From: Macrostomum lignano
Lineage: Eukaryota
Assembly: GCA_002269645.1 (NCBI GenBank)
Contig: NIVC01004296.1
Location: 1-51,410, forward strand
Direction: 5' to 3'
DNA: 51,410 bases
Below are positions 1 to 12,489 of the stretch, one piece after another. Every line of letters begins with the position of its first letter. Position 1 is the first letter of the stretch. The notes beneath the pieces are model-generated. The model did not search any database and was not told the DNA's origin. It was given only the letters and a program-made list of their open reading frames with translations. A program made the translations under genes and the position numbers.

Positions 1-36
1 AATCTTATTGGCAACTATATTTCTTGTATCAGAGGC

Positions 37-213
37 CAGTAGCGAACCAGAAATTTTTTGAGGGGGGCGGATTCTGGAAGGTAAAGTCCCGGGAAGGGGG
101 GGCGGAGGGTGGCTCTATTTTTGGCGAATTCGCTTGGTCCCCTTCGATTTTTTTTAGGTCTCTACCTAAGGGGGGGCAACCGCCCCCTGCCCCCCCCCCT
201 GGTTGCGCCACTG
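37..213. mobile_element. Non-autonomous MITE, hAT-like (8-bp TSD)
   Basis: Imperfect TIRs CAGTAGCGAACC / GGTTGCGCCACTG; exact 8-bp TSD TCAGAGGC at 29-36 and 214-221. Confidence 0.8.
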
Positions 214-1084
214 TCAGAGGCCAATCTGACATGCCAGTTGCCAATTTCAAAAATGATTTTTAAATGTAATAAAAGTGCCATATGACTCAATATGATGAAA
301 CTGTTAGTTTGTTATTGTTTGCAGCATAGATAGTAATCTTAGAGTTAAAGAACAAATTTTTGCTTTTCCAAAATATCCATCCTAAAGAATTAGGCTAGTT
401 GCTAATGTGCAACCAAAAATAGTCATTGGCAACTGGATTTTGAGCCCCAAGGCCTAGGGCCAGCTGGCAACTGGATTTTCAACCTTAAAAAACCCAGATG
501 TACTAGTCAGTCAGTCACTATCCATGTGGATACTAGAATAATATTGCTCTTACTCTTATAGGGCAATTTCCTATTCAATGTTGCTATAATGCATTATTTT
601 GCTTTTTAGATCCTTTTAACTTAGTCTTTCTAAGTCTATATGTTTTTTGAACAATAGCATATTAATGGCGTATGACTAAGACTGCCACAACTATTACTGG
701 CTACTAGTATTGGGAAGGAACTACCAATCTTCTAGCATTGCTATTCCTCTCATTAGCTTCTTTCTTGCAGTCTTGTCCTACTGGCTCTCTTACCATTTGT
801 CTCCTTTCTAGCACTATCTAATAATATATTAAGCCAAATTTCTCCCTTAACTCCCCCCAAGTATGGTAGTCTTTGTGTGTGGTAGGCCTAGTCTTAGTCC
901 TAGTCTTAGTCCTACACCATATTAACTGCTTTCCTTTTTCACATATTATACATTTGAAATAATAATAGTATAAAAATTAAAATACTAATAAAAAAATAAT
1001 CACTTTTTTTATAGAACAGAAGTGCAATAATCAATGTATCAATATTTTATTGTCTATTTTTATCTATTTTTTATTCCTATTTTT

Positions 1085-1902
1085 TAGTGTTCCACCGTAA
1101 GGAGGGTCCATGTACCGTAGCCATAGCTGTAAACAAAACTATGGCTTATTCCAATTCTCAGTATTCCGTAGCCATAGGTACCCAAAAATTACCATATTCC
1201 CATAGTTCCCATAGCCATAGCCATAGGTTTAACAAAAAGTCTAAAAAATAAAATATCTTGAATCAAGATGATAACCTAGTGCTTAAACAACTGCAAATTA
1301 AATTAGAAAATAAAAGAAACACTCGGTTACCTTTAAGATTATATTTCTTTTTTTTCAGAGCAACAATACTTAATTATTACTGAAAGTACTAATGCTAAAC
1401 TTTTTCATATTAATAAAAATTAGAGTTAGCTAGTGTTTTTTGTATTTTTTAGGTATATTTTATAAGTTTCTAGTTGATAATACAGTTTACTAAAAGTATC
1501 TTTGTTTAACTCTACCTGTTCCTAATATTTTTTTCAATTTTTAACATTAATAACTATTGCTATGGGAATCTACGGAATGTGACAGCAACTACCATATTTC
1601 TTTGGTCATAGCCGCAAGAGCAGCTAGCTACCGTAGGCATATCCATACATGCGCAACTTTGGGAATCACCCGGCCGTTTCTATTGGCAATACATACATGT
1701 AAGTCGCTATTGGCTGAGAGCAGTCACGTGACTACTATTCCATCCAATAGCGACTTACATGTGTGTTTTGCCAATAGAAACGGCCGAGTAAATCCCAAGG
1801 TTGCGCCCAAGCATGGGCATATCTGTAGCTGCCATAGGCACCTATTTTACCATATTTGCCATAGGATCCCGTAGCCGTAGCTACAGCTACGGCGGAACAC
1901 TA
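1085..1902. mobile_element. Non-autonomous hAT-like DNA transposon (818 bp)
   Basis: TIRs TAGTGTTCCACCGTA / TACGGCGGAACACTA; 8-bp TSD CTATTTTT at 1077-1084 and 1903-1910; subterminal CCRTAGC/CTATGGC repeats at both ends. Confidence 0.75.
1641..1814. repeat. Palindromic (foldback) repeat centred on AGTCACGTGACT, copy 1
   Basis: Arms of about 55-60 bp (TTGGGAATCACCCGGCCGTTTCTATTGGCA... / ...TGCCAATAGAAACGGCCGAGTAAATCCCAAG); inverted second copy at 2099-2270. Confidence 0.8.
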
Positions 1903-2098
1903 CTATTTTTTTCAGTATAAAGTCAATATGTTTACTTCTTAAGTTAAACAAGAAATAAGATATATCCAAATATGTTTTAGTATTTTATGTAAATGTAAAG
2001 ATTTAGCAGTTTAATGCTCTGTTCGTTTGAGTCAATTGAGTCATTAAAAAGTCTTAAAATAATTGCATTTCTGGTTTTGTATATTTATAGATTAAATC

Positions 2099-2270
2099 AT
2101 GCTTGGGTGCCACCTTGGGATTCACTTGGCCATTTCTATTGGCAACACACATGTATGTCACTATTGGATAGAATAATAGTCACGTGACTACTCTTAGCCA
2201 ATAGTGACTTATATGTGTGTGTTGCCAATAAAAATGGCCGGGTGATTCCCAAGGTTGTACATGTATAGAT
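2099..2270. repeat. Palindromic repeat copy 2 (inverted, CpG-decayed)
   Basis: Aligns to the reverse complement of 1641-1814 with CpG->TpG/CpA changes (gtcgct->gtcact, agcgac->agtgac, aacggcc->aatggcc). Confidence 0.75.
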
Positions 2271-2354
2271 GAAATTGGGGTTTCCAGGTTCTAGAAAAAT
2301 GTGTTTTGTTATAACAAAACTAAGTTATATATACATATTGTTAAGGGTCTATGA

Positions 2355-2545
2355 AATTTGCTTGCCAAAGTTTGCTTGTAGGACTTTTACTTGTAGAAAT
2401 TTGCTTGCCAAAGTCTGCTTGCCAAACTTTGCTTGCAGAATTTTTGTTTGCCAAAGTCTACTTGCCAAACTTTGCTTGCAAAATTTTGCTTGCAGGAAAT
2501 TTGCTTGCTGCACATAAGCTTGCTGAAGTTTGCTTGCAGAACCTT
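2355..2545. repeat. Degenerate ~20-bp minisatellite (AAATTTGCTTGCCAAAGT..)
   Basis: About 9 diverged tandem units visible. Confidence 0.65.
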
Positions 2546-4032
2546 GAAGAACCTATTATTGAGCTCTTGTATTTCTAGTTTTTATTTACTAAAATTCATG
2601 GAAGTCACCTATAGTATTATGATTTTGTATGAGGATATGGCAGATTTGAAAAGCCCTAATGCAGAAATGGAATAATTTAGTTTTTTACTGGGTATATATT
2701 CAACAAAAATTGGACACAATTTCAAACAATGCACATATCAAATGATTTAGGCAGCAAAATGTACAGAATAGATTTTTTGCAAATGAACATACATTGTACA
2801 TCAATGTACATCATTTCTATCTACTAAGAGCCTGTTCTATAAAGCCATTGTAAGATAAGATCATTCTTAGCTCCTATCTCTGTAGTGTAAAAGTTCCAAC
2901 GTACAATCAAACTTATGCTACAATAGCTTTATAATACAACCCCTAAATTCTTAGAATAAAACTTTATAAGCCTAGTTTGAAAACTTAGTATCAAGTCAGT
3001 TTATATCGATACTGATAAGAATCCACTTCATGGACCAACTTCACAAGCAATCAAAACAAGCAGACAAGAAAATAATTCGGCAAGTTAAAACCTTGCAATT
3101 GTGATAGTCAAATATAGTCAAATATTGTGATAGACTATAGTCAAAATTTTTAAGCCTTAAGGAGAGTTATAAAAGTAAGCAACTTAAAAAGTTTGAATTT
3201 TATAGTTCATTTTTATTTTATATTTGTGCAATTAGCTTAAGTCAATTAGAAAAGGTAATAATAAGCAATCCAAAAAGCATATAAGTTGATTAAAAATTAA
3301 CTCATAATAAGTGTTAATCCAATAAAGTTGACACAAAAATATAGAAAATCTTGCACTTTTTTTCAAAACAGACTTCATAATATACTGTCTTTGCTTTTCC
3401 ATCTTTTTAGCAAAACACAGAGGTCATCCAAGCAATTTCCAAGCAAAAAAGTATTAAATAATAATTGTAAAACTTGTATAATACTACTCAAAGTAAGCAT
3501 ACAATAAAATAAGTAACTTATTTATTTGAAACTCAAAAGCTAATTGGTTAATTATATAACATAAATAAGAAAGTTGTTTCAGTAGCATTAGCAGGTGCAG
3601 TAGAAAGTTACACAAGATAGGGAAAGAAGTGAATAAAATTGATTGATGCTCATGGGTAAACAATTAAGTTCACAATTTTAATGCAATAAAAAAGTTAATT
3701 AGTAAGAAGTTGTTATATTTTCATGATCAACATCATAAACAATGAGATAAATTAAGCATTTCTATAAATTTTAATACATTTGTAATGTTGCAACTTCTCA
3801 TCAGACTTATATTTTTGTTCTTTCTTTGTGTCTATCTTTGACATTGTCATTGATCAAAATGTCACTTCACGTTAATGTCCTCTGATTAATGACTGGTCAT
3901 TAACTGTAAGACAAACAGCAATTTTAATTTAAAGGGCAAACCAGACAAACAAAGCAACAATATATTCTTAATTAATTATGGTAAAGTCGTATCAAGTCAT
4001 ATTAAGCTCCATATCATTAGCTGTCTTATTTA

Positions 4033-4990
4033 TCAAACAAATTTGCATTTGGACAAGGTGCAGTTGTTAAAGCTAAACTTTGCTATCGCCAGATTTTCCT
4101 GATTAACGCTGGTGATTTGTATGTTTGACACCACATTGACAACCAGCTCACTGGCCCCAGAATTGCTTGGTCCTACATGTCTGGCCTGGTCACCTTTAAC
4201 TTCTTCTTTAGTTTGCAGTGCCAATGCCGACGTCACAGCATAGCTGCTCGCTTGCAGAGATCGGTCCCGACATTTTGTAAGGTACCTGCATGCCGTTCAT
4301 TCAGATGTCTGGCCGGTGATGGACATAATGTCGGCCAAGCTATGTCCCGCGGCCTCTAGATCCGTAATCCTGGTGACCCTAAGAAAATATGATCAATGAT
4401 GATTACATTACTAATGCATGTAGTTTAAATGTTTTCTCTCAGATAAATTAAAGATCTAAGATCTGTTATTGTTGAGATCAAAAAAATTAGTCGTACTACC
4501 TTATGCAATGGTTGGAATACAGCTTTGATAGCCCAGCCTTCTCACTCAAGTTATGCATGAATCAAACAAGATAGTTGACACCGCGATTCTGCTTTGTTGA
4601 ATACGTAGGACTTCCATTCGCAGAGTTTGCCAGTGGCCATGGAAATAGATGGTTCTATTTTCTTGGTTTCTTGGTTTCAACTAGTAGGTCTAGATATCGT
4701 CGTACCTTTTCAGTATCATAAATCCTTGCCTGCTTGTTGTTGGGTTTTGCTTTACTTCTCACTGGATCTGCGGACTTATTCTTAGACAGAAAAGGCGGGA
4801 GACAATAGAACTCCTTATCATCAGAGTCAGTGTGTAGCTCCAATGCATCTCGTCATGTCAGATGCTGCAGGTGCTCTTGGCCTCTTTCGCCCAAGCAATA
4901 TAGTATATAAAACAGAAATTTGTCTTGCTCTGCCACTGCCATACCTCCCTCAAAGTAGCATGCAATCTTTTGCATATCATCAGTCTCCAA
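4033..4990 (-). pseudogene. Crypton-type tyrosine recombinase pseudogene with one intron (4379-4499)
   Basis: Minus-strand translation gives ...FYILYCLGERGQEHLQHLT*...KN...ARIY...LFP...QNRGVNYL...LSEKAGLSKLYSNHCI, a GT..AG intron, then RVTRITDLEAAGHSLADIMSITGQTSE*TACRYL...FSFNNCT. This matches the YR HxxR / TGH / Y layout with a DUF3504-like end. Four in-frame stops; TGH reads TGQ. Confidence 0.8.
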
Positions 4991-5132
4991 TTTCGATGTC
5001 TATGGCCTCCATTTTCGGCCATAGACAACTGCTTCACCAATGTTATCTGTGGTACTGGCCATTGACATGAAGTGTACGCATCGATATTTTCTTTCCCGAC
5101 TTTTCACCGATAGACAATTCAATCAATGCAGC

Positions 5133-5231
5133 TAATATGAAGCACAAATTCAATTTAATGGCCAAATTGCCACTTGTGTGCTATGCGCACTCGTGCCCTT
5201 GGCCATTAACTTGAATTTGTGCTTCATATTA
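5133..5231. repeat. 33-bp inverted repeat with 33-bp spacer, 5' of the Crypton ORF
   Basis: TAATATGAAGCACAAATTCAATTTAATGGCCAA (5133-5165) vs reverse complement at 5199-5231, one mismatch; perfect 24-bp palindrome follows at 5245-5268. Confidence 0.75.
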
Positions 5232-8192
5232 ACCTACCATTAATGTTAACAATGAATTCATTGTTAACTCACAAAATTATTAATACTAATTTGTTAATAT
5301 CCCTTGATATAAGCATCTTCCCAGATAGTAAGCATCCTACAGATAATAGCCATTCTTAAATAGCAAGCATCCCTAGATAGAAGGAATCCCATACATGCCT
5401 GCTGAAAAATTCTGTGACAATTCAAACACATTTTGTGATCAAATCTGTCTCCAATAGTCATACCAGCTATCTTAATTCTGTGATTGAAACTCAAAAGAAA
5501 TTTTGATAAAGCTAATAGTCCTTATTATCCTACTTGTAGTAGCAGCTTCTGAGTTTTTAATACCAAACAATTGTAAGATTTTATGCACTTTTTTAATTTA
5601 CATTTTAGATAAATTAAGTATATTTGGAATAAAATGATGGCATAGCAATAAATATATATAAGATAGGGGATTTTGAACACTAATAAACTAATACACACAT
5701 ATTAATAATTGAAATCAGTGTAATACAAGCATACAAATCTATACACAGGATGATATATAAATAACATATTGGTCAATTCTTGCCAGTAGATTAATTGTAA
5801 TTGAAGACCTTGGGGCCTATACATCAGAATGGCATAGTTTAGTAGCAAATGCAAATAGATAATTAGCCAGCATAGTCGATTAGACCAAAGATCTAATGGA
5901 ATTGCAGCTATATTGTTTGTTACAAATTTTTGTGGCCTAAACAAAGTTAAAGTTTGCAAATTTATTGTTCTTGCATTTTTTTCTCATATAGAATACCATT
6001 GTATATCTTAAAATTATTATATTATGTATTTGTAGTGACTGGAACAATGGATTAACTCTACTAGCAAAGCTGTCAAAGCAAATGTATTTCAGTGCTTAAG
6101 ATCCAAAGATGAGCAAGCATATTAGTATAAGATTAAAAGCCAGAGTAGTAGATATTAACAATGGTATACAACTGAAGGAACTGTAGAGTAGGAGATATAG
6201 CCATAGACTATATACTAAGTGTGACAAGCTTTGACTAGGACTATGTCAATATTATTGTGTCATTTCTTTGGATTTATATCTGTCTACAAGCTATTATTGC
6301 ACTACTTTTATATTTGTTTATAGTACCTCATATCTTGCTTTGTAGCTTGCATGGTTGGCATAGTTTGATCTTTGCTTATCATTTTAATAGTTAATTGGCA
6401 AATTGTCAGATAGATTAGTTGATCCCCGTAAGACCAGTCAGCTATACATATGCTTTTGAATTTATACGTGAGAGTCTCTATGAGTATTATAAGAGTCTTC
6501 AAATTAAAACATTCATATAAGCTGGCAGAAAAAGCAAAGCTCAACTCACCTCCAATTCAAATGTATCTTGATGCTTTTGATTGCAGGACTCGCTGCCATT
6601 AGCCTCAGTTATAGTCTATTTAGAAGCAACAATAGATGGAAAATTGACAACTGGAGGCACTACACTTGGCTGACTTGACAAAATATAGTTGGGTTTATTA
6701 TTTGTTTTAGGAGTTGCTCTGGTCAGTGTATGCTTGCTTTCCCATTTAGATTTTTTAGAAACAAGCTAAGATGTACATAGAGTATAGGGGTAATTTACTG
6801 TATATATATATTATATATACTTTGAAAGAATGTCAAATTCATTAGAGATTAGCTTAGCATTATGCCTCAATAAGCATATTATTTCATGTATTATTGATAG
6901 CAATAGTTTTGTCCTAGGGGTTACTTCTGTCTCTAATACAATGCCACCAAAAGCTGTCATAGGGCTAATTTACTAATCTCTTAAGTGTTCTTCTTAGGTT
7001 GGTAGCTGCCACCAAGATTATCCTATTAATAAGTTATAAGTTTATCAATATTAGAATAATCTGAGAAATGTTTCTTAGAATAGGTCTGAGTATTTAGTCT
7101 GAGTATTATTCTGAGTATTAGTCTAAGTATTAGTCTGAGAAAAACTGTTAGCCCTGAAAGATTTTACTCTTCTGATTATTCTGGTAGCGTTTATTATTCT
7201 GGTAGCATTCTACTTAATAATGGCCTGAGTGGTATTTTGGCTTACTGGTATATGTATTTCATGTACTTTGCAAGTCCTTGGGCATTACCGAGATCAGAGG
7301 GTCATAGCCTTCGTTATTCTTACACGTATTACTTCAGATCTGCTTCGCAACTTCTTACTACTCAACACTGCTGCTTCTCAGTAGCATGTACTGTATATGC
7401 TTCGGTCTACTTCACTCTTATTTCTACAAATGAACAACTCGGGAAATGGCTTCTCTTATATTTATTTGAAAACACTCCTTTCTTATTACTCTCACTTCTT
7501 TCGTAGGAACTGCACAAAGGCAAGTTGCTCTTCTCTCGGCTCAGATCGCATCTATTTATACTAAAAATTTTAAGTAGTTTAAATAAAAATTAATTTGCGA
7601 AAATATTTTGGAAAATACGTATATTAAAACAAATCGTTTGCTTAGTTTTTGCCACGAATTTAAAAGCACTAAATCGTAGAAATATAGATCGCCCTTCACA
7701 GTTTCTTTTATTAATATTATTGTAAACTAAACTGACAACTGTATGTCTAACAAGTAGTAGTATAGATACTACACAACAATAATATAAAATAAAATAGAGC
7801 AATGTTTATAATGTGACAGAGTCCAAAACAGTAGCTGATCAGTCTTACCAAAGGTGGCAGAAACTGTTTCTTGTCACTTCCCATCTTTCTTGAAAGCTTT
7901 GCTGCAGTTTTGCATTTCCCAATAGAAATCATGTCTTTGGCAATTTTTTTGTGTACTTTAAATCAGATCTAGAATCTGAGACTTGTACTATTTACCAGTG
8001 TATTTGTCCTTATCAAATAAGACTTTGAGCTGTATTAGAACTAAAAGGTCTGCATCATTGACTTGGAATAGAATATATTTAATGTTTAAGATAGTGTTCT
8101 ATATATAATCTTGAATATTATACTGGTTGATTTTCTAAATATAATCTAAATATACTTCTAAATATACTTCCTATATACTAAAAATGAAAATA

Positions 8193-8239
<47 letters not shown>
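8193..8239. repeat. (TTGC)n microsatellite
   Basis: About 11-12 perfect copies. Confidence 0.95.
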
Positions 8240-8240
<1 letters not shown>

Positions 8241-8932
8241 AATAGATGGGAGATTTACTAAAAATGCAATTTAATATTTCAAAATCCAAAACAAAGTAAA
8301 AATTGTCTTTAAATTATCAAATTTTTTAGAAAGTAATCAATTTTGCTGCTTCTACTAGTTTACTATAACTTACATTAGCCAAGATAGCTAGGTCCATTTG
8401 TAATTGTGCATATATATAGTGCTAATTAAGTCACAAGGCATTTATATCTCAAAGACCTTGAGAAAATGAAAAATTTTCATTTTTTCATTCTATGGATATT
8501 TTGGCAAACTAGAAAAATATTTCAAAAGAAAAGCTTTGCTTTTTTATTAATATACCTAAGCTTAAAATGGCTATAGTAAGTCCTAAATGTTTGTTTTACT
8601 AAGCAAAAAATGTATTATATATAGTCAATAAAGTGGCTGCAGTATATGTTTAAAAATTGTAAGGCTATATAATTATATGCATACTATATATGTAAGAATA
8701 TTTTCTGTTAATATAATTGTTTTAACAAAATAGCAATGTATTATGCTTATATATATATGTTGCAAGGTATGCAAAAATTAAACACAGAACACACAGAGTA
8801 TGAATATGTATATACTGTCCAATCATTAATATTTTATACCATCCCAAATTTAAAGTTTAATTCAGTTAAAGTAAGCATTTTTTGGCCCTTGCACAAGTAC
8901 TTAAACAATACTTATTAATTCAAAACACTTAG

Positions 8933-11900
8933 CTGACGTGGAAAAAACTCTAAAGAAGATTGGAGAAGGCCAGAAGGCATTTCAAGATATTTTCGACAAG
9001 TTTAATGAGTCCGTCAACCAAGCTCAGAAGGAGAAGTTTGAGAATGAGCTCAAACGCGAGATTAAAAAGTTACAACGATACCGCGAACAGATTAAGACCT
9101 GGCAGGCGTCAAATGAGATTAAGGACAAGCGAAATCTTGCCGAGGCAAGAAAGAACATCGAGAGCGTAAGTTATAGATTCAATGTACTTTTAAGTTCGCT
9201 GTGAATTGTTAGCAGAGATAATCTACAATCAATTCTCCTCAGGATATGGAACGGTTTAAGATAATCGAAAAGGAGACAAAGACCAAAGCCTACTCAAAAG
9301 AGGGGCTGGGCGCGGAGCAGAAGAAGGATCCGTTGCAAAAAGAAAAAGAGGACATCATGGACTGGGTTCGAGTGAGTGTTCAAAGTTGCTTTTCAATAAC
9401 GTTCCTTTGTCTATGCGCAGGTTTTTTAATTAATGTGTATATTCTTTGCAACAGGAGAACATCAGTACCCTTGAAAAGCAAATTGAAAAGCTGGAATACG
9501 ACATCGAGCTGTTGATTGCGAATAGCAAAAAGAAGAAGTTAGATCGCGATGTAAGTTAATAATAGAATTTAGCATCAAATTTTCCTTTATTTCTGTACTT
9601 GTCCTTCAGTTTCATTGCTTAAAAAATCTCTTTTAGAAGCAAGACGAAATGGACTCAAAGAAAGACATTATTGGCAAGCATCGGTTCCACATTCACCGCC
9701 TCGAAGCCATCATGCGAATGCTGGACAATGACAACTTGGAGCTTGAGAAGGTACAAAACGTTTTTTTAAGAGTTCGATTTTTGACCAAAATTCCCGATTT
9801 CGGGCCTTGGGGACAGGGAAGCTCGGCGGTCGGGGTTTGTCTTGCAATGTCACACTTATGAGGACCAATCCACAATGCGCAGGGAGTGAACATGCTTGAC
9901 GATTAGAAAGTCAGGGCAGCTGTACACCCTGTGTGAGTGTGAGTGCCTGCGTACACTATTGGCGCTTGCATGTGCTCAGTAGTCAGCGGAGCGGGCAGGA
10001 TTGTCTCAGGCGCTGGTTGTGGGCCGATGGCAAGTCATCACCTTGTTTTATTAACTTTCCCAGGTGAAAGACATTAAAGACGACGTTGAGTATTACGTCA
10101 ACCAAAATGAGGAAGCCGATTTCTGGGAGAACTACAACGAAAATATCTACGACGAACTGGAGTTGGAAGATATTGGCGGTAGGTTGTTAATACTGTCCTT
10201 ACTCGCTGACACAAATTTTCAGTAAATTTCTGAAGATCATCATCTATTTTCTGTCATTCTCACGACCTTCGTAACACAGCGCTGCCGCTTTTATGACTCA
10301 ATATCACAAATTTCTTAACACAATCTCACGGCTTTCACTGATACAATCTCACGGCTTTCACTGATACAATCTCACGACTCACTGACACAATCTCACGGCT
10401 TTCACTGACACAATCTCACGGCTTTCACTGACACAATCTCACGGCTTTCACTGACACAATCTCACGGCTTTCACTTGACAATCTCACGGCTTTCACTGAC
10501 AATCTCACGGCTTTCACTGACACAATCTCACGGCTTTCATTGACAATCTCACGGCTTTCACTGACACAATCTCACGGCTTTCACTGACACAATCTCACGG
10601 CTTTCACTGACACAATCTCACGGCTTTCATTGACAATCTCACGGCTTTCACTGACAATCTCACGGCTTTCACTGACACAATCTCACGGCTTTCACTGACA
10701 CAATCTCACGGCTTTCACTGATACAATCTCACGACTCACTGACACAATCTCACGGCTTTCACTGACACAATCTCACGGCTTTCACTGACACAATCTCACG
10801 GCTTTCACTGACACAATCTCACGGCTTTCACTGACAATCTCACGGCTTTCACTGACACAATCTCACGGCTTTCACACAATCTCACGGCTTTCACTGACAC
10901 AATCTCACGGCTTTCACTGACACAATCTCACGGCTTTCACTGACAATCTCACGGCTTTCACTGACACAATCTCACGGCTTTCATTGACACAATCTCACGG
11001 CTTTCACTGACACAATCTCACGGCTTTCACTGACACAATCTCATGACTCACTGACACAATCTCACGACTCACTGACACAATCTCACGGCTTTCACTGACA
11101 CAATCTCACGGCTTTCACTGACACAATCTCACGACTCACTGACACAATCTCACGACTTTCACTGACACAATCTCACAAGCCTTCCTGACGCTGGTATCCA
11201 ACAACACCCTCCTACATCCGCAGCAATCCTCGCAACTTCGCCGCACGACTCCGTTGACGAGACCACTCTGTCAGCCTCCATGGCAGCCGCAGCCGCCGCC
11301 GCCGCCTCTGCGACCCCAACGACAACGTCGGCAACCAACGACAGTCAGCCTGCTGCTGCTCCACCGGCCGCATCAACCAGATCTGCATCCAGTGCATCCG
11401 CCGCCGCCACCACCGCTGCGACCGCTTATTCGGAGTCGACTCAGCCGCAGTCGCCGTCAACTCCGGCTTCGCAGTCCGCGCACCCGCAGCCTCCGCCGCC
11501 GTTGATTCTGCCTTCTCAGCATCAGCACAACCAGCAGCAGCAGCCGCTGATGTCCACCGCCGTTGCGAATCAGGCCGTTTCTTCTGGTTCTGCCGCTGCT
11601 CAGCCTCAGGCTGTGAAGTCACAGCTTCTGCCACAGCAGCAACAACAGCAGCAACAACAGCAACAGCAGCAGCAGATGGCACAGAATGTCACTACAGGCG
11701 GCAGCAGTCAGGCTACAAACGATGGCTCGGATCGCGAAGGCTCGACCGCTTCTGTTTCTGAAGTGGCGTCGCCTTCGGTGCTGTCTGGCGGGCAGCTGAA
11801 ATCGCAGGACCTGTTCTCTAATTTGGGTGAGTCATTGTGGCGCCTCTGTTTTGTCAGCTTCAAGGTTATCCATCAAGGATGTGGTTTATCTACATCCTCC

Positions 11901-12456
11901 CAATGTTCAGGTGGAGGTTATCCACATCCTCCCAATGTTCAGGTAGGGGTTATCCACATCCTCCCAATGTTCAGTTGGGGTTATCCGCATCCAATGTTCA
12001 GGTGGGGTTATCCACATCCTCCCAATGTTCAGTTGGGGTTATCCGCATCCAATGTTCAGGTGGGGTTATTCACATCCTCCCAATGTTCAGTTGGGGTTAT
12101 CCGCATCCAATGTTCAGGTGGGGTTATCCACATCCTCCCAAAGTTCAGGTGGGGGTTATCCACATCCTCCCAATGTTCAGGTGGAGGTTATCCACATCCT
12201 CCCAATGTTCAGGTGGAGGGTATCCGCATCCTTTCAGTCTTGAGGGGTGGTTATCTACATTCTTACCAGTCTTTGGAGAAAAGTTATCCACATCCTCCCA
12301 ACGCTCATTAATCCCATAATCCCCATAAATCCCTGCAGGCGGCAGCGCCAATTCGCAGTCCAGCAGTCAGGGGGGCGGCAGCGTCGGTGGCGGCGGTCTG
12401 CAATCGCTGCTCAGACTGAGCCAGGCGGGCCTGACGCCGCAGCACCAGTTGCTTCT

Positions 12457-12489
<33 letters not shown>

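Noticed and set aside
8565-8582. ATGGCTATA/GTAAGT as CNOT3 exon 1
   Set aside because: Phase 0 whereas the next exon needs phase 1, and it does not encode the conserved N-terminus.
5294-8918. Short ORFs in the AT-rich block
   Set aside because: Low-complexity composition, no motifs, frequent non-ATG starts.
11827-12338. ORF 11280-12311 reading through into GYPHPPNVQ repeats
   Set aside because: GT-AG sites at 11827 and 12338 define a phase-compatible intron; the read-through is translated minisatellite.
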